A DNA stretch of 20,000 nucleotides from Balamuthia mandrillaris (lineage: Eukaryota), in contig JAVKOQ020000026.1 of assembly GCA_031835245.2 (NCBI GenBank), positions 308,396 to 328,395 of the forward strand. Reading direction: 5' to 3'. Of the stretch, positions 11,037-20,000 are shown piece after piece (position 1 is the stretch's first letter; each line of letters starts with the position of its first letter). The notes beneath the pieces were generated by a model. The model saw only the letters and a program-made list of their open reading frames with translations, made no database searches and was not told where the DNA came from. The translations under genes and the position numbers were made by a program.

Positions 11037-13385
11037 ATGGCTGCGGCACCACCGCCCCTCGTCGGTAGCGAAGCATTCGATCCCATGCATTCTTCTTCTT
11101 CTCCTTCTTCTTCCTCGGACCATTCCTTGGTGCAGCTAGAACTTCTACGCATCGCCTTTGCGACTCTGGCTCTCTTTCCAAAACTCCCGAATCTGCGCTC
11201 CCTTCTTGAAGAGCCCTCCATTGGCCAACGCGACATCGCCAACTCCCTCTTTGGCTCCAAGCTGCTCCATATCTTCTCGGAGGCTGGCCTGAAACCCAGC
11301 CTGGGCTTCAACCAGGGCACGCGACGTTTGAGCCTCACCCTCCCTCTGATCCCCGTGCACCGGGTTGACACTGCCCAACAAGTGGTGCTTTGTGCCATGC
11401 TTGGGCTCCTTGCCCAACAAGCTACTCTTGAGAGTATCTACCAACAGCAGCTTCTGCAACAACAAGAAGCCGCAGAAGACACGCAACAACCACAACGACA
11501 AACGGACAGACTGCTGGCAAATGCGTGCTTGCGGCTCTTCATGGAACAAACCTGTGTGGCGGTGGTGGAGAAGAAAGTTAACTTTCGGTTGCAACACGTG
11601 AGCATCGCAATGGAGTCGGCCGCCCTGAAGCTGCACTCAGCAAAGGACCGTTCCCTCCTCTTCACCGACTCCAAGCGAGTGCCATTCTGGTATTGTCCCT
11701 GTTACCTACAGCTGAGCGGCTATTCTGCCTCTGAGCAATGCTTCTCGGAGGAGCAATTGGCTGTTGATAGAGAACGGCTGTTGCAGCGCATGATGGAGGC
11801 CTTCTGGGAGAATGTCATGATGGAGGCCAACTACCATCCTTCTCCAGACCTGAAGACCGCCGTGTCAGAGGGTTTGGAGAGATACTTGCGTTCTTCCCTC
11901 TCTCATGGCAGCAATGTCAACCAGGCTGCTCGTTTCTCTCCTTCTCCTTCTGCTTCTTCTTCCAACAGCAACTTGTTCAGACTGTATTTGCATGGAGGAG
12001 CTGGTACTGGAAAGTCATCCTTTGTGGCGGCCTTGCGAATGTCTTTGGAGCGGATACTACGTACCTTCCTGCAACCAGACAAGACTTGCGTCATCGTCAA
12101 ACTGCCTCTGGACTTTCTAAGCCCAGAGGCCTTGGCCAAGGAGCTCCTCGTCAAGGGTATCTCCGATTGGAGCGTGGAGCGGGTCTGCGAGCAGTCCCTC
12201 TGCAAGGGCAAGCTGGTTATCCTTCACCTCGAAGAGAATCCACAAGATCCTCAGTTGCAGGCCGAACTCCTGACCCTCCTTCAAAGGATGCTCTCGGCGC
12301 TGGCCTCTCGTTATCCTGTTGAGAGCAAGACAAACCTCATCCAGGTCTTTACCTCCAACTTTGTTCCCATAGAGCCTATCTCTAGTGATCCCTCTACCGC
12401 TGTTGTTCTGGTCAAACCGCCGATAGCAGAGCAACAGGGGCGCATTTGTGCTCATATGTTGTCAGAGTTGGTGAAGAGGGCGACGGGGGCTTCCTCTGTC
12501 AATGTCTTGCTGCAGTGTGCACCTCCCATAGCGGCTGACATGCGACCTATCCACAAGTGGAAGATCAGCATCTCTCACGTAATTGCTCGTCAACTGCTGC
12601 TTCTTCAGAAAAGCAACAACAAACAAGAAAGGAAGAACGAGGAACATGACGCCCTTTCGGATGCCCATATCCAGCTTCTGCTCTGTGACGGTTCTTCTAC
12701 TTCTTCTGTTTCTCCTTCTGCATCTCCCTGTTCACAACACAAACATCTACTGCAAGTTTTATACGCGCTGCAACCCAACAGCAAGCTTCTTCCTTTAGCT
12801 TCTCTCGTCTCAGAGGACGCCTACTTTTTCTACGAAGAAAGCCAAAGCACCTCTCAAGCACAACAAGAACAACAAGAGAACCCCATCTCTCCCGCAGTGG
12901 ATGCCGTCCTCAGTCTCACCTTCCAAAAAGTGTTAACTCCTGGCGTGATTGTTCTCACAGGTCCTTCTACCTCCACTCTTCCGCTCAAAGACTCTCTTCT
13001 GGCTCACATTCGACATCATCCCCTCATCGGCTCAGAGGGTCAAGCTCACATCACCGAAGTAGAGCTACGGGAGGAGAAGGACAAGGAAAAGGTGTTAGGT
13101 CCATACTGGGAGTTTCCTCGTGGAGGGCTCTTCAAGTTCATAGATCAGATAAACAATCCGAACAGCGCCCACCGAAGGCAGCACGAGCACGAGTACGCTA
13201 TTGTGGTGGCCCATGCCAACCGTCTTGGCCAACACTTTTTGTGCGAGCTATTGGATGCCAACAGGGCGGCTACCCATCGCCAGGCAGTTTGTAAGGATGG
13301 CGTTCTGTTTGTGGTGGTCGTAGAGGAAGGCTTTGATGTTATCAGCACCATCTTTTCTCGAGCACAAGTCACCCTTCGATTATAA
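11037..13385 (+). CDS. Intronless 782-aa AAA+-like P-loop NTPase with a second, degenerate AAA+-like module
   Basis: Single uninterrupted ATG..TAA ORF. Walker A LYLHGGAGTGKSS (GGAGTGKS at 11994-12017), Walker B-like LVILHLEE (12213-12236), sensor-1-like VFTSN (FTSN at 12348-12359), sensor-2-like ADMR (12534-12545). Confidence 0.75.
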   Translation: MAAAPPPLVGSEAFDPMHSSSSPSSSSDHSLVQLELLRIAFATLALFPKLPNLRSLLEEPSIGQRDIANSLFGSKLLHIFSEAGLKPSLGFNQGTRRLSLTLPLIPVHRVDTAQQVVLCAMLGLLAQQATLESIYQQQLLQQQEAAEDTQQPQRQTDRLLANACLRLFMEQTCVAVVEKKVNFRLQHVSIAMESAALKLHSAKDRSLLFTDSKRVPFWYCPCYLQLSGYSASEQCFSEEQLAVDRERLLQRMMEAFWENVMMEANYHPSPDLKTAVSEGLERYLRSSLSHGSNVNQAARFSPSPSASSSNSNLFRLYLHGGAGTGKSSFVAALRMSLERILRTFLQPDKTCVIVKLPLDFLSPEALAKELLVKGISDWSVERVCEQSLCKGKLVILHLEENPQDPQLQAELLTLLQRMLSALASRYPVESKTNLIQVFTSNFVPIEPISSDPSTAVVLVKPPIAEQQGRICAHMLSELVKRATGASSVNVLLQCAPPIAADMRPIHKWKISISHVIARQLLLLQKSNNKQERKNEEHDALSDAHIQLLLCDGSSTSSVSPSASPCSQHKHLLQVLYALQPNSKLLPLASLVSEDAYFFYEESQSTSQAQQEQQENPISPAVDAVLSLTFQKVLTPGVIVLTGPSTSTLPLKDSLLAHIRHHPLIGSEGQAHITEVELREEKDKEKVLGPYWEFPRGGLFKFIDQINNPNSAHRRQHEHEYAIVVAHANRLGQHFLCELLDANRAATHRQAVCKDGVLFVVVVEEGFDVISTIFSRAQVTLRL

Positions 13386-13474
13386 GTTCAATTGTCAGTT
13401 GATTATGGCCTGTTGCTTTTCTTCGCCTATTATTAATCATATTACAATAAAAGGAGCAAAAGAAGTGAATCGCC

Positions 13475-16400
13475 TCAGAGGAAGGCAGCTGCGTGGAGGG
13501 CTTCGGCGAGTCGTCCCATGTGAGGACAATACTTGAGTGTTGACAAAGTCATGAGTGCCTCCACTAGTAGTTTCATGTGTTGGTCGAATGTGTTACTGAA
13601 CGAATCAAGACTCCGGCGGTAGCTTGCATTGTTCACCACCGCTTTTCCCTTTTGCTCCATTTCCTGCATAGGAAATGATGGAATAAACAGAGGGAGGCTT
13701 AGAGAATAGCATTGGGAATGTGCACACAGTGGGGAGAAAAGTAGCAAACCTTCACGCGTTCTTTGTGGAATTGACGAGCAGAAGAAGGTTTTTGGCTGCG
13801 GCCATTAGCAGTGCTAACAGTTGCGGTGTTGGACTTGGAGGCCGGGTCTAATCGCTTTGCAATACGTTCTATAAAGTCCACAAACACTTTGCAGACTGCT
13901 AACATCTTCGTCTCGACCTTTTTTGCGAGTCAGTGAAATGCGTAACAAATTGAAGATGATGGAGTAAAGAGAAAGAAAGAAGAACAACCAAAACGAGCCG
14001 ATGGTCAGTGAGTAAGCACTGTAGGAGGCAATCATCCAGAAAAGTTGTGTGAAGATTCATAACTTCTTCAACGGTAGTTGCCTCCCTCATCTTCTTCTCC
14101 ATCTTGGCCCAATTGGGAGCTAACACATCTACCACCATGTACCGCTCCAACGTGTCTACAAAGTGAAGCATGCGGTGACGCAACGAGAACAAAGGAACAA
14201 AGTGAGTTCGCAGCGCGGAGTGGATTTCTTTGGTAGATTGCTGCCATGTCCACGCATCTCTCAGTCTTCGCGATATCCGCTTGCACTGAAAGAGGTGACG
14301 AAAGAGGAGCTGGTACTTTGTTAGGGTAGATCTACTGATCACGAGCGATAAAGGCCATTCCACGTTCATCTCCAGCGTAAATGTATCGTATCCTTTGTGA
14401 CGTTACATCACTTTTAGAAGCAACAAATATCGCAAAGAGAAGAAATAAAGAAAATCTAATGCATACCAGTGAGAGAACCAGGATCCTCAACCTCACCTGC
14501 AAGCAGTGGAGACTTATTTTTGTCTTTGTTCTCGCGGGATATACCATCAGAGGGTGGAAACGGGGTAAGGACATCGGCAGAGAATTGCATGAGACGAAGT
14601 ATTTGTGATTTGAGGGAATACGGCAATAAGGCGCAAGCTAATCGGTTACGCCGATAAACATTCTTTTCGACAAATGGATCCAAGGATACTTCCAAATGAG
14701 AGTTCAGCTTCCACACCGCTATTGCTATTGATTCTCATAGGTTACTGGTTGTGGAATCAAGAGGGGAAAAAATAAGCAGTTTAACACTTACAAGATAGCG
14801 GTTTGCTCAGCTCTTCGCTGGCCACTTCCATAAAGTGGGAGATCCAATCTCCTTGTTCCATCAACAAATACTTTTTCAAAGCGCTACACAGGGTTATGCA
14901 AAATAAGCGCGAATAAAAGAAAAGAAAGCAAAGAAAAGAAAATAAGGTACCGAAGATGGCTGAGCAACTCTTTCTCGTGCATTATGACTTTAAATAGTTC
15001 GTTATTGGCAAAGGCATGCGCTTCCTCCACCCGTAATAATAATGTCTGGTTGATTGACCCTTCTAAATCAACATCCAGAACGCTTATTCGATAAGAGGAC
15101 TCCCCTTGTCCAGTTTCTTCCAACCGTTTCTTTCTTTCTCCTTTAAATTGAATTGAATGGTGGTTTGAGACACAGAGTAAAATAGGCAATAAAATAAAAA
15201 ATAAGAAAATGGAGACAGAGAGAATAAGGAAAAGAGAAAAGGAGAGCAGCTAAGAGAGAGAGAGAGAGAGAGAGAGAGATCAAACCAAAACTGCGAATGG
15301 CAGCAGGCTGAAAACGCACATCATATCGGCCGCATTCCCGAATAACGTTCAGATATTTGCCAGTCAGGAATGCCCGCTCAGCAATATGAGCCAGAAAGAG
15401 AGGAACGCTTTCTTCCTGCCTACGAAGCGTGTATTTCTGTTCCCAATAGGCGTCCGTTCGATCTTGTGTAACGTGACCTTTGTGAACATCACTGTTCTCC
15501 TCCACGAAGAACTCGTTATGTGGATCCACGATCACTCCACTGTACACCCATTGCTCCAACATTTGCATATAAGGCCTGCAGCTTTTACGTAGTAGTTCCT
15601 CTAATATTTTGTCCACTTCTTTGTTGCTGCAGTAATATATGGTAAAGGGATTTCAAAAAAACAAACAAACAAACAAACAAACAAACAAACAAACAAACAA
15701 ACAAACAAACAAACAAACAAACAAACAAACAAACAAACAAACAAACAAACAAACAAACAAACAAAACAAACAAACAAACAAACAAACAAACAAACAAACA
15801 AACAAACAAACAAACAAACAAACAAACAAACAAACAAACAAACAAACAAACAAACAAACAAACAAACAAACAAACAAACAGAAACAGAATAACAAGAACA
15901 ACAAAAAGTACCCTCTCATAGTGGCGGAATAGCGATAGATAAGATTAAGAAGTTCACCTCCTCTGGCGTTGGCGAGTGTGGCCTTCTTGGCCAAGCTGTA
16001 CAGGCTTTTCATGACTGGGAGTTTGGTTTGCAGATGGCAGTAAGCTATTTGGAGGGTCAGCCGTTCTTGCTGCAACTCGTTGTCCAGTTGCGCCACAAAG
16101 AGAAGGTAGTCATCCAAAAAGGTGCGCAAAGCGGCTGCCAGAGCGTGACTACACATGCCTTCCTCGTAGTACATCGCTCGCCGATGCACGAAACGCTCTA
16201 GATAGACGTAATATGTGCCTACGCTCAACACTCGCTGAAGTACATCCAACTGAGAAGCATCTATGAGGGAAAGTAGCACGCATTACAACAGATAGGAAAG
16301 CAAGTCGAATAGAAGAATAGAAGAATAGAAGAATAGAAGCAGGAGGGAAAGAAAGAAAGAAGATGAATTAGGGATCATATTGGCAGTCAAACTTACCGGT

Positions 16401-17727
16401 AACACTCTCCGTGGAAGGCGAGAAGATGATATCGTTTTCCTCATTGGTGGCAGCTTTAACGTACTGTCCTTCTATCCCCTATTTTTTCAAATAATAATAC
16501 AAATGCGTCAACAAAGCAAACGACAACCTAACACGTGATTCTTCAACGTACAGAAATAGCGAAGAGAAGGTCGTCGAGCAGAGCGAGTTCCTGTACCCGA
16601 GGAGGCAGCGCGCCCAGCCGAACCACCGGTGAAGTGGACCGCTCTTTGGGCTGTGAGTTGCTCTGTCGGTGAGAGAGCAAGCCCTCTGTCAAAAAGTCCC
16701 ACTGTAGGAAAGGCCTTTGCAGCCATTGCGCTGCGCCTGGGCTTAGATGACCGTCCCTGCCTCTGGAGGAGGAGGAGGAGGAGGAGGAAGCTGTTTTGGT
16801 TTTAAATGGGTTTTTGTTAGAAATATAGAGACACCACTTACGGGCCAGGAGAAGAAGGACAAAAAAAACGAACCACTGGAATGATCTGTTGAGGCTAAGT
16901 TATCTTTGGTGGCAGCAAAAGAAGTGGAAGTAGCAGTGGTGGCAGTGGTGGTGGTGGTGGCAGAAAAGGGTGTAGCGGCGACAAAGGAGGAGAGTTTGGC
17001 TACCGAAGGGGTGCTGAAGGAAGGAGAAGGACGATACGCGGCCAGCTCTTCTCGAAACGCGGCAGAAGGTTGAAACGAGGAAGTGGAGGAGGAGGAAGAA
17101 GAAGAGCTTCTCACTTCCTTTTTGCGGTAGCTGAGAATGGTGGCCGATTTGGTGACCGCTGCACGGCTGCTGCTCGATTCCGCCCTGTTGCTGCTGCGAG
17201 ATGGCTGAAATTTGTCCCTCTCGACCCTCATTACTCGTCCTTCTCGTTCTTCCGTTCGTCCTCCTCCTCCTCTTCCTCCTCCTCCTTCTCCTTCCCCGGC
17301 AGCTGCCGTTGGCCGCTTCATCGACGGCCCTTGCCTTCCTCCCCGGTGGCGCACAGTGTCCTTTTGCTGTCCCTATGAGGTTGATTGATGCGAGGTAATT
17401 TAACATAATACCTACGAGGGTATGGAAATTCGATTGAAAATGGAACGAAACTACAAAAATCGCCAATCTGCAGAAAAGAACCACCGCCGCCACCAAGAAA
17501 ACGAAGAACAAGTACAAGAAGAAGAACAAGAAGAACAATAACAAGAAGAACAAGAAGAACAATAACAAGTACAAGAACAAGAAGAACAATAACAAGTACA
17601 AGAACAAGAAAAGAAACAGAAACAGAACAGAATAGAACAGAAGCGAAAAGAGGAGGAGAGAGCTTGAGCAGGTGGCAAGCCCCAAATACGACAGTACTAT
17701 CTCTCGAGACTACTTAACCTGACTCAT
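13475..17727 (-). CDS. TUBGCP2: Gamma-tubulin complex component 2 (GCP2/Spc97)
   Basis: Minus-strand exons 17727..17719 (tentative MSQ micro-exon), 17372..16874, 16790..16552, 16478..16397, 16260..15912, 15626..15292, 15140..14951, 14883..14792, 14724..14467, 14392..13989, 13917..13750, 13663..13475; all phases match. GCP2 motifs are QELALLDDLLFAISGIEGQYV, PYMQMLEQWVYSGVIVDPHNEFFV, TGKYLNVIRECG, YLLMEQGDW and VEWPLSLVISR..LTKYQLLFRHLF. Confidence 0.92.
15253..15278. repeat. (GA)n dinucleotide tract in GCP2 intron
   Basis: Directly visible; reads (TC)n on the coding strand just after the donor at 15291. Confidence 0.9.
15659..15879. repeat. (AAAC)n tetranucleotide microsatellite, ~55 units, inside a GCP2 intron
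   Basis: Directly visible; one extra A near 15766. It lies within intron 15627..15911. Confidence 0.98.
17500..17643. repeat. Compound AAGAAC/AATAAC minisatellite (24-27-nt unit AAGAACAAGAAGAACAATAACAAG, ~3-4 copies)
   Basis: Directly visible tandem units in the putative first intron of GCP2. Confidence 0.85.
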
Positions 17728-17749
17728 AACCCGACCAAGGAACCGGACC

Positions 17750-19876
<2,127 letters not shown>

Positions 19877-20000
19877 AACCAAGTTTGAAATGATAATATA
19901 ACGCATTGAGCTAGGGAGAAGTGTCGTCCCTTTATTTATTGGTAAACTTGTGTTGGCGTGTGTATTCCCACAAGAATATGGAGGCACTAACGTGAACGTT

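Noticed and set aside
15585..15932. ORFs translating as (FVCL)n or (KQTN)n
   Set aside because: Artefacts of the AAAC microsatellite inside a GCP2 intron.
17500..17643. Regularly spaced repeats as a possible CRISPR-like array
   Set aside because: Tandem low-complexity units with no unique spacers, in a eukaryotic intron context.
16900..17685. 261-aa minus ORF with a very hydrophobic N-terminus
   Set aside because: Translation of the intronic minisatellite plus an off-frame read of GCP2 exon 2.

Overview
Compact, intron-rich eukaryotic genomic DNA. Short GT-AG introns, simple repeats and gene content suggest a free-living amoebozoan such as Acanthamoeba/Balamuthia; this is inference only. 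I reconstructed nine protein-coding genes and 31 introns by hand. In order: the 3' end of UTP5/WDR43, a CBS-domain + PH-domain protein, a FAM13-like RhoGAP, a GT61 glycosyltransferase, two small coiled-coil proteins, an intronless 782-aa protein with one intact and one degenerate AAA+-like module, gamma-tubulin complex component 2, and a SelO/YdiU AMPylase. The SelO resembles the cyanobacterial subtype but carries introns and a mitochondrial-type presequence. The best novelty candidates are the intronless tandem AAA+ protein with complementary motif loss, the apparently horizontally acquired SelO set head-to-head with GCP2, and an unexplained ~650-bp segment at 8930-9581. No rRNA, tRNA, CRISPR array or transposase was recognised.
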